This document shows, one piece after another, positions 13,381 to 26,211 of a DNA stretch of 64,000 bases. Source of the DNA: Moniliella sp. 'wahieum' (Eukaryota); the NCBI GenBank assembly GCA_003971905.1, contig RSEE01000013.1:744001-808000 (forward strand), given 5' to 3'. The notes under the pieces are model-generated. The model did no database searches and was not told the DNA's origin. It was given only the letters and a program-made list of their open reading frames with translations. Within the stretch, counting starts at the first letter, position 1, and the number at the start of each line of letters is the position of its first letter. The translations under genes were made by a program, and so were the position numbers.

Positions 13381-16023
13381 TCATCGATCATCCCCCATCC
13401 CTCTCTCACCACACACCATCTCCTCGTCCAGCTTGTAATCGGCCAACAACGCATCCTCCTCCGCGCGCGCGCGCGCCGCTGTTGCTCCCGCTCCCGCTCG
13501 CTTGATCCCGTCGAAGACGAGGGCGAAGCAACCGGTTTGGCCGGGTTGCACCGGACCTCGACCTCGCTGCTCGCGACGCGCGTTTCGCTGTGACCTTGGG
13601 CGTGGATGCCGTCTTGGTCCGCTTGGCCTTGACCTTGACCGGAGCCTTGCCAACCGGCTTGGCAGTGGGTTGGCGGCGCACCGAGGGCGCACTGGTCCAG
13701 TCTGCCGGCTGGCCGCCTGCTTGTCAGCTTTGGCCGAGGACCGCATTACTTTCGTTGCAGCAGAAGTGGCCGCGCCTTCTTCCGTGTCTGAAGAAAGAGG
13801 AGATGAGGCGACCTCACGCACGGGGCGGAGGCCTTTCGAGGCGCTGTGAGCACCACAGGCTCCATAGCAGGACGGCGCACGGCGCGGCGCGGACGTCTTC
13901 CCAAGGGCGGAGAAGCGGTTCGTTCCTTCTGGCTGGAAAGATCTGTCCGAGTCGGAGCGGCATCGGAATGGATGGCGGCCGTCCCTTGCGACGACCGGGT
14001 CAGGCGAAAACCGCATAGGTCCGCGCCGGACCGTACGATGGGTAGATCGAGACGAATGCTGACGTTGACCGCTTCCAGTCTGCGGCACAGCATCGCTGGC
14101 GGCCGATTCCGTCTCATTCTCCTCATCTGAGAACCCTGAGTGAGACGTTTCCTCGTCCTGCCTCTGCTGGTGCCCCTTGCGGAGGGGGCTGAGGAACTGC
14201 AGAACGGGTCGTCCTGGCCGGACCAACGTCAGGATCGGACGAGTCGCGGAGTGTGTTCACCTCCTTCTTCCGTCCTCGTGGGTTCATCGACCTCCCACCT
14301 CGACCACGGGTGCGAACGCTGCCGCGCTGTACTTGTCCGCGTCCGCGACCGTGACCCCGTGTGGAGCGAACAGAAGAACAGGCTCTTCCTCTGACAAATC
14401 GGAGGATGTCTGCTGATGCTCGAGGCGGCAGAAGCCAACTGCAGCTGGGCGCGCGTCTTGGTCGGGTGAGACGCCCCACGACGGGGGAGAAGCGAAACGA
14501 ATTTGTCCAATTTGTACGTCTTGGACTTCTTCTTGCCTTTTCCGTGGGGTGGAACGTGACCCGGAATGTGCAAGTCGAGCGGGGCCGAGCTAGAGCTGAT
14601 GGGGTCGTCGACCACTTCCTCACTTTCCTCTACCACGGGCCGAGAAGGCCTAACGGAGGAAGAGCCAGGACGAGGCAGGGATTGGAGGAAAGTGGTAGCC
14701 ACCGTGCTGAGGCCCGGAGGGGGGTGCACTTTTTTCCCCACTTGACCCATCCCCCAAGACTGACCTGGACCAGAAGGCTTCTTGAGCTCAGGATCGTGTC
14801 TGGCACGCTTTGGATTTTCATCGGATGCTTCTACTTCAGAGGACGAAAAGAGCTCATGCTTAGGATCCGAAGAACGGGGAGCGAGACTGTTCGGATCCGG
14901 ATTCAGATCCGGATGCGCCTCCTGCATGGCCGCGTCGGCTTCCGCTGCTCCCATTTCCCCCGCCAGTGCTTCCGAGGTGGGAGGGCGGATGGCCTGGCGT
15001 CGTTGGTGCCGTGCGGTGGCCCTGACCTCAGCCAAGATGCCAAACAGATCGGACGAAGGGTGGTCTTGCTCTTCCTCCCCTGTCGCATTCGCCAAAGCAG
15101 AACGTTCCCCCTGCTGAGCGGCAACAGGGACCGACACTGTTCCCGGTGACCCTACCATTTGGATCCAATTCTCCACCCTGGACTGTCCCTGGGCGCGAGA
15201 GGGGGAGTGGGAGATGCGATCTTTCCTCCGAAGACTCAAAGACGACCAACGGATCGGAGCGGAGAGCTGCACGCGCAGCGTAGGCGGGCACAGGCGGTGG
15301 GCTGCCCTCCAACTCGAGTTCCGGTGCATGAAGAGAAGCGAGAGGGGCCAAGGGGGTTCGGTGGGTGCTTGTGCGGGACCGGATGGGCGTGGAAGCAGCT
15401 AACGCATGAAGACGCACTCGTTCCATTAGGCTCCCCGGTCGCGGCTGGGACGGAGTCAGGAGCGGCTCAGCTTGGGGCGCGTCAGCCTCGTTGCCAGGGT
15501 CCGCCTGGATGGGCGCGGGGGCATGGGCACGACCCGCGAACAATTGGGGGGGCAGCACGGGGAGAGATGTAGGCTGGCTCGACCGGTCCCTCACGTTCCG
15601 AGGGAGGGGACGAGGCTGGAACGCTGCTGCGCTGTTGGGGCAGGGAAGGACTCAGGTGCGCGCCTTGGATGCCAAGGGCTGGGGCTGAAGCTGGGGCAGG
15701 CGCAGGGGGGGCGTTTTCCTTGTCGGACCAAGACGGTGAGTGGAATGAATGAAGCTCATGGGATGCCGAGTACAGGCCATGTTGCACAAGGGCGGTGGAG
15801 ACGGCATATACATGAGGAGCTCAGATGCATCCGACTCGGGCCCTCCGGTTGGAGGCGGGGGCGGCGAGGGCATGTCGGACACGAGCTTGCGTTGGTCGTC
15901 TATCCAGGACGGTTCGAGCAGGGCAGGTTCAGGCGCAGTCGCGGAGAGGGGCAGGCGGCGCCCCCGGCCGAGGCTGGCATCGTCGGGTGGCGCGTCGGTG
16001 GGAGAAGCAGGGTCGCTGGGCAT
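13381..16023 (-). CDS. Hypothetical low-complexity, probably nuclear protein (Ser/Pro/Lys/Arg-rich, acidic C-terminal EEDALLADYKLDEEMV)
   Basis: Chain of overlapping minus-strand ORFs (15652-16083, 14229-15329, 13381-14226) with NLS-like basic patches (GKGKKKSK). No domain recognised. Confidence 0.5.
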
Positions 16024-16429
16024 GGCGATGGCGCTGGCGATGGCGATGAAGCTGGAGCTGAGCTGGTGGTGGCAGCCCAGCACGCTTAAAGCTTAACGCC
16101 CCCTCCCCCCGACCCATGCCACGCCGCCCTCCCGCTGTCCGCGTCGCGTTGGCCGTTTTCTTTTTCTTTTCTTTTCGTTTCCTTTTTTTCAAGCGGCGCC
16201 GGCACGCTGTTGGGTTTGGACTAGGATGGCGGTAGGCGCCCGCAGGTCTTTTGCTTTTCGCGCTGCAAGCCCTCTCGAGACTACACGTTTGGTATGTGGA
16301 CCAAGGCCCAGGCTACATGGACTGACCAGCGGGTCAGAAGATCATCTGTGGCCAGCAGACCAAGTGATGGGGGCATTGGCAATGCCAATGGGATTAGAGA
16401 TTAGCGTCTACCATGCATCATGGGCCCTG

Positions 16430-18629
16430 CTACAACTTCCACACATTCTCCGCGTGTACGCCCAGGTCGGCCAGGATGCCACCCAAGGGCCCCTGCGTGC
16501 GTCCGTCCCGGCCCTTGGGCCCTGCGACCGCAGCAAGGAATCCATCCGGACCGCACACCAGGACCGCACTCTCTCGCTTGACTCCCGTAGTCACCTTGGC
16601 CACCGCCTCCGTCGACGCCTCCTGGGGCGCTGCCTCGCTTGGTTCGCTCGTAGACAAGAGCGGTGCCAAGGCGGTCTTCAAGTCCTTGGCGCCAATCCGC
16701 CCCTCGTGTACAGGCAATCCGTCAATGGCGACAACCTTGGTCTTGGACGAAGGCAGCCAGGAGGTGCTGGTCTGCAACTGCCCCTGGGCAGGAATCTGAG
16801 TCCCCTCCACCCCAGCCAGAAGCGGGTCCAACGCAGGTTCGGCGACCGACTCGGAAAACAGTTGCACGCTAAGTCGGTCCGGGTACCGTTCCACCAATTG
16901 GGACCATTCGGGCGTGAGGAGGAACGACTCGGGCCGTGGGGCGGCATAGGGATGGTAAACTTGGTTTCTCCCGAGCGCACGCTCATCCAACGTGCGTTGC
17001 CAGCGCTGCGGGCCCGACTCGGGACATGCTCGGACTCAACCGCCTGCTCCTGGATGGGGGCCATGACGCCCTTGACCAATTGGTAGGCAGGCGCAATGCC
17101 AGTACCAGCCACGATGAAGTAAATGTCCTTGACCCGCGACACATCCGGCCGTCGCTCCAAAGCAGTAGCATCAGGATCGGTAGCGGCTTCGCTCGCCGAC
17201 GGGTCGGAGGACGGCAGGGCGGCAGATCCCACTCTGGTGATGCGATCGTGGGAGAGTGCTTCTCCCTTGCGCGCACGCTCGATTGCGTCCAACGTCCACC
17301 GTTCGTCCCATTCTTTGTTAAACCCAGCGGCACGGACGGTGCCGTTGACGGGAGGCGATGAAGGTAGTCGGGCACTTCAGCGTGGGGGTACCGCTTCACG
17401 AGCAAGTCCAGAGTGCGGGTGGTAAAGGCCTCGATGGGCGACTGGAGGGGGTGTAGCGTCGTGCAATTCCCAGCTCCGGCTGGGCCACTGTAATGCTCCA
17501 CAATTCGAGCGGGCCACGAGCACGCGTGGCAAGGGGCAGGTCGGTGACACCTTCCCCCTCGCTGGCGGGCGCAGAGCGCATGGATGATAACAAACCCATA
17601 TCAAAGGGAAGGTGAAGTTGGAGAACGCGGTGCTGGAAGTCGTGAAGGTACATGTGGTCCTGGTGTACGCTGAGAAACAAGGGCCAGCCTCAGCAGGGGT
17701 CAAAGAGTTTTCGTGCTGGGCCATCATGCGGGCGACCGCAGGGGATGTCTCTGAGATGCCAAAGGGGAGAAAAGGCGAGAGGCGTGTTGGCTAGCACGGC
17801 ATTCCCCACAACCAGATCGGTAAACTTAACGGGAGCCAGACCAGCATATTGACCCTCGACCCCGTTAGCATGGACGAAGGAGTCTCCGACACCGGTAATA
17901 ATCTGGTCGTACGCCTCGGAGGTGGGTCTTCGACGATGGTCATCGCCCTGTCTTCGAGAGGGGTGAGACGGCGGCCGGTCATGACACCGGGGAACCAGTA
18001 TTCCGAAAAGGAGATGGCCTTCATGCCGATCCGAGTGGCAAGATTGTCGGCCATGCCCACGTCCTTGGGCGAAGGCCCACCAAGAGGAGTGGCTGGCGCT
18101 TGGGCAGGCACAGCACGCGTCGCATTGACCTCGGCGGCAATTGCCTCTGCTTCGGGCAAGGTCATGTTGACCAGTGCCGTGCCTCGGAGCTGGAAATCAG
18201 GAAGGAGGAAGTATCTGGCCATGTTGAGGCGTCTTCTCTTGGGGTCCGCTGGGAGGCAGCGCAGGTGTCCTGCCGGAGCCTGGATCGGTCACTTCGGGCT
18301 CAGCAGTAAGGCCGAGGTAGACGCCGCGGCCGATCAGCCCAGCGAAGGAGATAAACATGGCGCAGCCCATAACGATGCGGGATCCCCGGCTCAAACGTGG
18401 CCTATGGATTCTTTCTTGGGGGCGTCACGTCGAAAGACGGCAGGTTGGGGATTGGGCTCGGGCGGGGGGGGGGCACATGGCGTTTGGCGTCGGCGGGAAC
18501 CTTTTGCTTGCCAGCCGCACCGGCAGGAGGCGCGGCCTTGAATGCAGGCGGGCAAGTAGAGAAGAGGCGGGGGGGGGGGGCGGATGGGCATCCTAGCCCT
18601 ATGCGCCGGGCGCACAAATGGGCCAGCAT
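16430..18629 (-). CDS. Mitochondrial FAD/NAD(P)-binding oxidoreductase of the cytochrome-b5-reductase family (Cyc2-like)
   Basis: RRYTP (FAD motif), LDLLVKRYP, IYFIVAGTGIAPAYQL, VLVCGPDGFLAAVAGPKG..QGPLGGILADLG..VWKL* (Cyc2-type C-terminus). N-terminal presequence plus a TM helix. Confidence 0.85.
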
Positions 18630-19071
18630 GGCGGCGGCAGCGGACAATGTGGAGCCGAGGTGGTCTGGCCAGAACTGCCAAGGAAGAGGCTGGGCGGAGG
18701 TTGGTTCCCCACATGAAATTTCACCGCTTCCTGCTTCACTCGGTACTCGTGCTCACCCCGTCCGACCCAGCGCAATTCCGCCCCGGAACTTTGGGCAGCA
18801 TAATGAGGCAGATTATCGATTACGACCGATGACATGCATGACACCTCTGATGAGTGACACAATGCCGTCAGACTTTCAATTTCAAGCCTGCCGCCCAGGT
18901 GCTGCGTTCGAGCTTCTCGGAGAACCTGGGGGCGCTGGCTAGCTCAGTAGGTTGGTTAGTCAGGCATGGCGGAAGCAGAGTGACGTGCTAGCTAACGTAG
19001 CCCCCATCTCCGCCACCTCTCCGACCGCCTCTCCGCCTCTCCGCCTCCCTGCCTCCACCCCCCCCCTCACC

Positions 19072-19742
19072 ATGACTGCTCTTCTGCGCCTCCCACGCGC
19101 GGCACCCCTTCTTCGTGCGGTGACTGCACCAGCTTGCATTCTCTCTGCTCTCCCGGGCGCCACGAGCGCTGTCCGACGCTTGCACACCACCCCTGCACCT
19201 CACTTGCCCCTTGCGCCCAGTCCCATCCGCCGCATCGCCCTCAGTCCCAGCACACGCGCGCCTTCGGATGGGGCGCCACCACAGGTGTCGGACCAAGTCT
19301 ATCACGAGGCGGCGGATAACACGCTGGAGGAGCTGCAAGACCGCTTCGACGCTTTGATCGAAGCTGTGCCCGATCTCGTCGACGGTCCGAGACGCAAATT
19401 GAGGAGTGGGATGTGGAAGTGGCGGTAGGTAACGTGGTGCAAGCGTATAAAAAGAAAAAAAAAACAATACTGACATGAGCCCATCTTCTTCTCTTCAGTC
19501 GGGTGTACTCAACGTCTCCACGCCTTGGGGCACGTATGTGATCAACAAGCAACCTGCCACGCACCAGGTCTGGCTCTCCTCCCCCGTCAGCGGGCCGTAC
19601 CGGATGGACTATGCCCCGCAGGACGGGGGAAAGGCGCCTAGCTGGGTCTCTCATCGCGAAGAGCAAGGCGACGTTGAACTTTGGGCCTTGCTGCGGGATG
19701 AGCTCAGACGGGTGACCAAGGAGGGCGACTTTCTTTTTTTGA
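19072..19742 (+). CDS. YFH1: Frataxin (mitochondrial iron chaperone)
   Basis: Presequence [33 protein letters not shown] across intron 19425-19498, [23 protein letters not shown]. Stop probably at ~19740-19742 after a T run, or at 19846 as sequenced. Confidence 0.95.
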
Positions 19743-20490
19743 TGCCCCAGATGAATAACAAGCCAAGCTGCTTTGAGCAAGAAAACGTGGTTCGGGCTAG
19801 AGGTAACATGGAACACGCAATAGAGCTCAATGCGAAGGGGATGTAGATAGCGCTCCCTTGCCCAGCTCCACTGCGCCAACCCCATTGCCGCACCTTGGCA
19901 GTAACTGTACTTCATAAATCACTGCCATGGTGCTGAAGGTGAAGGTGAGTGCCAGCCTATCCGGCCCAACAAAACCATGTTGTATGATTCGATCCTGAGC
20001 CTGCCAGGAGAGAACGAAACGAATACGGCGCGGCAAGAAACAGGTCGTATGAAACCTGGCACTAAATTCAGCCCCGTTCATTGCAGGTCAAAGAACAGGA
20101 TGGGACCGTTGGCATCGCTTAGACGAGTATAGTTCGTGGACCAAAGATGGAGGTGGAGGAATATTGACACAAGAGTAAATGGGAGGGGGGCGTGATTGAA
20201 CCCGCCAGGAGCAGGAACAGGGACTGTGGGCAAGTGGATGTCTCAAAATGTGCGTTATAGAGTATAGGTGGGAGATCAGAGTCAATGATCTGTGCACACA
20301 GGAAACCTATTAGTCCTCGCTGCGATTTCTTTTTCCAAGCCCGAAGAGGAGAAGGAAATACGCACACATTCGTTTCCTCAGGCATGAGTACGCCTTCAAA
20401 GGAGGTCTCCCATATTCAACCCCCTGTTCAGTTCCAAGGCCGGACGATGCAAGCCAGGAGAAAGAGGCGTGAGAAAAGCAGACTGGGCGC

Positions 20491-20835
20491 TTAAATCATG
20501 CGTCCATAATCGTCGTAGTGGCCATCACGCACACCCTCGTCGTCTTCATCAAGGTAGAGTTGGTGCCAGTTGTTCCAATGTTCCGATGGGCCGGCCATGC
20601 CTCCTTCCGAGTTGACCAACTGGCGACGGCAGTTGTTGATGACTTGGTCCAGCTCCGCCGCGTGGGCCGAGGCGAGAAACGGGGCGCAGGCGTCTTGGAA
20701 TTCCGCGTCTTGAAGGAGCTGCGCACGGATTTCGGTGGCCTCGGCCTCGGTGGGGCGCAGCCACGTACGGCGGATGACGGCAAAGGTGGCCTCCTGGAGG
20801 GCTTGGGTGGCGGAAGCGTCGACGGGAACGGACAT
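20491..20835 (-). CDS. Small hypothetical protein (114 aa)
   Basis: Uninterrupted ATG-TAA ORF MSVPVDASATQALQEATF..HWNNWHQLYLDEDDEGVRDGHYDDYGRMI with protein-like composition and a pyrimidine-rich leader. Confidence 0.6.
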   Translation of the reverse strand: MSVPVDASATQALQEATFAVIRRTWLRPTEAEATEIRAQLLQDAEFQDACAPFLASAHAAELDQVINNCRRQLVNSEGGMAGPSEHWNNWHQLYLDEDDEGVRDGHYDDYGRMI

Positions 20836-21759
20836 TGAAACACGATGGGATGGAGAGATGGGGGAGGATGGGGAACTGGATGAGGGAGAGGCGGTGGGTA
20901 GGTAGAAAAGGAAAGGGAGGTGGGAGGGGCGTGCGGGGTGGGAAGGCACCCCAATGCACGGGATGGCCGCCACCCGGCATGAAGCGTGTCGATAGCCGGT
21001 TCGATCCACCAGAGGGGGGCGCTGGCGAAGAATAGGACGCAAGGGAGTGTGGGGCAAAAGCAAGCACAACAGCGTCATCCACTGCCCGTGTGCCGGCAGC
21101 GTTACCAGTTAGTGACGCGCAGCCTATTATAGTTGTGACCACAGTGGGGCTCGGCCCTGTTGTGTCCCGAACGAAGGCCACTGCGACCCCACACCCACCA
21201 ATTTAACCCCCTATTGCCACCCTCCCTCGCTGTGCTATATAATGTAACCCAGCCCCCACACCTCCTCCACTCGGCCAGACTCCGCCACGTGCCAGGTGAC
21301 TGTAGCCCAGCTGCCCTGGGCTCTGCCATTGCCAACGCCGTCGTCACACTATAAACATGACGCCCCTCCCCCCCCCCTCCTTCCGCCACATGCGACCGCC
21401 TTCTCTCCCTTCCTCTTCCCCACCCACACGAAAGACGCCCCGTCGTATCCCACAATACAGCGCGACCTCCATCCACCTGGCTCCTCACCTCAATGAAGGC
21501 AACCGATCGCTATGGCCATCATAATATACACAGGTATCGTGGTGGCCCATTAATCATTGGTGGCCCCGGGAATTGTAGCGCGTGCTTCATTCTGTTTTCG
21601 TCTCCTGAGCATGTGGTCATCTTCATATATAGACCAGAGCAACCTTTAGGAAAAGACGACTCACATATCTTGGGACGAAGCACGTGGGTGTGTACACAAA
21701 CGCGCCAAGCCGAGGGATGAGCATTCAAGTTGAACATTGAACGAGGAACAGGATGGAGA

Positions 21760-22921
21760 TCACGAGTGCCCCCCATTGAGCGCTTGCTGCACCTCGATTC
21801 GCTCCTTCTCCACCGCCCATACAGGTCGGGGGATCTCAAAGGCATCCAAGGTACGAGTGTAGGTGATCCCACCGGCGCGACCAATCGGGCGAAGCTTGTC
21901 GAGATCGATGGTATTGTCCGGATTGAGCACGTCTACAGGGAGAAGGACAAGAGCAAGTCAGTTTTTTCTTCTCGTTTTCTCGTTTTCGTTTTCGTGCCAA
22001 GCTCCTCAAGCTAAGTAAGACGCTTTCAGAACGGTGGAAAACGATGGCCGATGGAATATGGAGGACATAGGCATCCTGTACCAACCTTTCTTGATCACAA
22101 ACTTGACCACGCGGCCTAAGACCAAGGTCGCCGTTTGCTTGGTCGCGTCGTGGTCCGAAACAAACGGAATGGACTGGTACAATTCGCACTCGAGCGCATA
22201 CGCGCTCTCGCCTACCCTTGCTGGGCCCTCGCCGTCCGCCCGAACTGGGCACGGGCGTCAGCCCACTCAGCTTCCACTCGTCCACATTCGCAGGACTGTC
22301 GATGCAGGTGTAATTGGCCGCGTTGAGGATGGGCTCGGAAATGATGTTGACGACAAACCTGTAGGGGAGTAGAATAAATCCGAAGAGAAGACCAAAAGTC
22401 AGCATCAAGCAAGTCCGCACGGGGTTCGGTCCCGATCTGGCCTCAGGCCTCAGGCCCCAGTCCTCATTACTCATTATCGTTCTCATTCCCAAGCTAGAAG
22501 CAATCAGCAAAAAGACAAAAGACGTACCGCTTAGTCTGAGCAATGTTGTTCACGAATCTTTGTGGCCAATGACCGAGATGCCCACGACGGGGGGATCAAT
22601 GGAGAACCCATTAAAGAACGAAAAGGGGGCCCGGTTACGATGGCCCTGTGTATCCTGCGTCGAGAGGAAGGCAATGGGCCGCGGACTGATCCCATTGATC
22701 ATCAACTTGTACGCTTGCGTCGGAGGCATCTCCTTCGGGTCCAGACGGTGCACTGGCGCGTCAGATTGGGGCGGCGGAAGCGTGTGAGGTACCATCCCCT
22801 CCCCCGGTTTCCAGTCGGGACTGCTGGTCTGGCTCATGACGACCGTGCGTCCACTGTCCCAGCCAGGACGCGAGGCTTCGAGCGCTTTGAACGGAGGGTG
22901 GTGGCTGTGCGAGGCGCTCAT
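21760..22921 (-). CDS. Flavin-reductase-like FMN-binding split-barrel protein (DIM6/NTAB family)
   Basis: YKLMINGISPRPIAFLST..APFSFFN..DPP, FVVNIISE..DEWKLSGLTP, ALECEL and LRPIGRAGGITY. Introns ~22359-22527 and ~21936-22079. Confidence 0.88.
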
Positions 22922-23097
22922 GGTGCCGATGGTGGTGGTTGGACCAGGAGGGCTGGGCGTGAATGGTTCCGTCATGCAACCACTCAATCGTGTGGCTGGC
23001 GGGGACAGCAGTCGGCGAGATGACTGATTAGATGCCGATGACGCACGGGACCTTACATTGTGCTCCCTTATTTACAAAAGCCACGGTGATCATTCAA

Positions 23098-23169
23098 GGG
23101 CGGATAGCTCAGGGGTAGAGCGCTTGCTTAGCATGCATGAGGTCCGGGGTTCAATTCCCTGTTCGTCCA
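23098..23169 (+). tRNA. tRNA-Ala, anticodon AGC
   Basis: 72-nt cloverleaf GGGCGGA..TTCGTCC-A with the G3:U70 Ala identity pair, D-arm TAGCTCAGGGGTAGAGC, anticodon loop TTAGCAT, T-loop TTCAATT, and a downstream T5 Pol III terminator. Confidence 0.95.
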
Positions 23170-23764
23170 TATTTTTGCGGTGCGCTAACAACAACAAGGC
23201 GAGGTTACCAACCGAAACTGCCCCCCAGGAGTTTACTCGGCTGTACTTTCCAAAAGTGCGTGTGGGCTGCTACCTTGCTGGCGCGGGGTAGTGGGGGGTT
23301 TACTTTACAGTGGAAGGACTCTCGGCACAGCTCGCAACGGTAACCGGTAACGTTAGAAACGTATCGAGAGGAGCAACACAACACAATATGGCAAACCGGT
23401 GCGTTCTACTCTTACGTGGGAGATCCACAGTTCCGATCCCAAGCAGCAAGAAAAGTGCTAGTGATGAAAGATGAACGATGAACGATGGACAATGGACACT
23501 CGAACAACGTAAAAGAAAGGCCAGGGCAGGACACTCGTAGGACGATGGTAGAATTACCACGATGACAGGGACACCAGGCGCACCCCATGCCGAAGGTGGG
23601 GCATCTGGGGCAAAACGGGCCAGCAAAAAACGGGCTAGAGGGGTAGGGTAACGGCGGGCGAGAGGTGAGAGAAGAAACGAGGGGGGGGGGGGGGGGGGGG
23701 AGACCTACAAGGAACCAAGTCCGAGGTTCTGACTAGGGAAGGAGAGACAGGAGATACTGAGAGG

Positions 23765-26211
23765 TTACTCGTCTGTCGGGGGATCCTGTGCTTCGACCTC
23801 CTCTTCCATTACAAAAATGTCCTAGAAACGATGCCGGGGGGGAGTCAGACCTCATACCTCATACCTCATACCTCAGACCTGGGATCACAAGCCCAGCGGA
23901 CCACAAAAGAACGAAACGAAACCAAGAGAGAAACGGAAGGGAAAACAAACAAGACGTACCTCGAATTTGTCCAGAATCGTCTCGATCACCTTGCACTGCG
24001 CGCTCATATCGCGGAAATTGATCTGATCCCGTTCTCGCTCCGCCTGGGCGGGGGGCAAGTTGCGCGGGAGCGGGGCCGAGAGCAGGGTGGGACCAAAGAC
24101 GATACCTAAATTCTGCAGGCCCATTTGGTTGTTGGCTTCATGAGAGCGAATGGCGCTCAGGTGCTGCATCAGGACCTTGAGCGTCGCATAGTTGGCGTCG
24201 GGCAACTCGTTGATCAGACTGTGCAGACGGATTTGACGTTGCCAATCATCCATGATCTTGGAGCCTTCGACAAACTCCTCGTACAAACTAAACGTCAACA
24301 AGGGCTGGGGCAGCTCGCGCAACCACAGCTTGAGACACGAGGCAACATTGTTAATGTCCTCTGGTTCCCCTACCCCGGGGGCGTCGGGATCGTTGGGATC
24401 GGGCGGGATGGGCTCAAAGAGGTTGACCCGCGTCCAATCCTCATCAAAGCGTCGCTTGAGCCTTTGAACACGCGACGCAATCCCGCTCACACGGTAGATC
24501 CCCCGTGTGTCCAACGCTACCGCTTCCACTGCCTCGGCACACAGGGCCAAAACAGGAGGCACAGCCACTCCATCCCGCTCCAGCTGCTCAGTCAGGTCCA
24601 CCCCGAATACGCGTCGTTGGCCTGGAGCCGAGGGTGGGAGACCATAGCCATTATCGGGCCAACGGGGTTCGTCCTCTCACTTCCAGGCCTCGTGCCGCCC
24701 GACGAGCGTCCGGTCTTGGTGGGCGTAGAGGTACGCGATTGGTCGGCCATTGTAGCGAGGGTGGTGGACGTATTGGTGGTACGCGACGGTCCGCTTGAAC
24801 TTGTTTTCCCACCAGCACCAGAAGGCAGAGATTGGTTTCCCGGCTCGAGGTCGCGGCATGTTCCCGGCGAGGACCGCGGTACGAGGCGCCATGAACGACC
24901 TGCCAGTTTTGCATAAACGAAGTAAAGTCGGCGCGATTGTCAACCTTCTCCAGCAGATCCCTCAGTCCACGGGGGGGGGAAGCATTGGATCCCGATCCAT
25001 TGGCGCTGGGAGGAGCGAGGGGGGCAATGGCCCGGGCATCGGCTAAAATCGCATTCTCATACAACAGAGCATACCTGGCCAAGTGATACGCTCCACCCGC
25101 GTCAATTTCATCCGCCGTGTCCTTGAGCTGTCGAACGAGGCGTGGGTATTGGCCGGTAAAGTAATCATGGCGCAGCTGGTCAACAGACAAGCTCTCACGA
25201 CGGAAGGCATCGCTAGCTTGGGATGTGCGAAGCCGCACGTCTTCCTCCGCACGCTGGAGCTGCGCAGCACCACGAGGCTTGTTGAACGCCTTTCCTACCG
25301 CGCCGACAGCCCGATTGAGGCGCTTGCCCGGACGTTTGCTCGTGTTAGCCGCCGAGTTGGTCGACATGGAGCCGGGAGATTCAGGCGACGTTGCGCGCGC
25401 CTCTTCGGCCGCAGCGGCATTCTGACTGGCCATCACAGCCAAGTCCGAATTGCGCGTCTCTCCATTTTTCATGAGCAAAATCCGCTCCAACTCCTCCGCC
25501 GACTGGTCAAACCGTTGCCGGGCCTTGTCACGGGTAGCCTCGGCGTCAAGGAGGGTACGTTCAGCGCGAGCGCCTGCGTCGCGCGTGACCCGTTTTTGCC
25601 GTTCGGCCTCTTTGGCAAGCGCGCTGGCTTCGTCGGCCACAGTGTAGAGGAGATGGGCAAAGCGCTGGCGTCCCTCGGCAATCGAGGTGTGCGCAGAAAG
25701 AATGCCTTGCCAAGCCTGTACATACGAACCGGCGCGCACAGGTCCATGACCATGGCTGCCCGTCAGACCTTGGGAAAGGGTGGGGTTGGACGAAGGCGTG
25801 CGGGCATCGGCGTAGGATTCGGCAGCGCTACGCGCGAGCTTGGCCAGCGAGCGGGCGTACTCCTCTTCGATCGCAGCGCGTTTGCGAAGGAAGCTGGAAA
25901 AGTGGTGGACCGAACCGCACGACTGGGCGATCCAGTCCGACATGAGCGGCTGGGCCACATCGGAGGCGCACAGTGCGCGCACCGCAGCATCGTCGAAGGT
26001 CAACGCTGCGCCGGAAGCACTGGGGGGTTGGGGTTGGGCGGTTGAGGGGCTGAGGCGGCTGAGGCGGCTGAGGGGGCGCAGGACCAGGGGCGGGGGCGAG
26101 GGCGAGGGGAAGAGTAGGGGTGCTGGGAGCAGAGGGCGGAGCGGTGTGGGGGCTGGGGCTGGCGGGTCCGGAGGGGGGCGATGGGCCGGCAGTGGTGGGG
26201 CTGGCCATCAT
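23765..26211 (-). CDS. RGD1: F-BAR/FCH + RhoGAP protein (Rgd1 family)
   Basis: FCH motif FLRKRAAIEEEYARSLAKLAR. RhoGAP motifs GVDLTEQLERDG, GIYRVSG, VASCLKLWLRELPQPL and NQMGLQNLGIVFGPTL. Last intron 23822-23959, then DIFVMEEEVEAQDPPTDE*. Confidence 0.9.

Noticed and set aside
23124..23140. U-U mismatch in the tRNA-Ala anticodon stem suggesting a pseudo-tRNA
   Set aside because: All other arms, the G3:U70 identity pair, A/B boxes and terminator are intact. A single mismatch is tolerated or is a read error.
23681..23700. G20 homopolymer and other G-runs (e.g. 60720-60790) as functional G-quadruplexes
   Set aside because: These are the complements of pyrimidine-rich UTR tracts common throughout this genome, and run lengths are unreliable in an error-prone assembly.
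25083..26045. Long antisense ORFs (also 46905-47816 +, 28488-29366 -, 35878-37071 +)
   Set aside because: Shadow ORFs opposite GC-rich true genes (RGD1, bZIP, VTI1, TIM44); no motifs.
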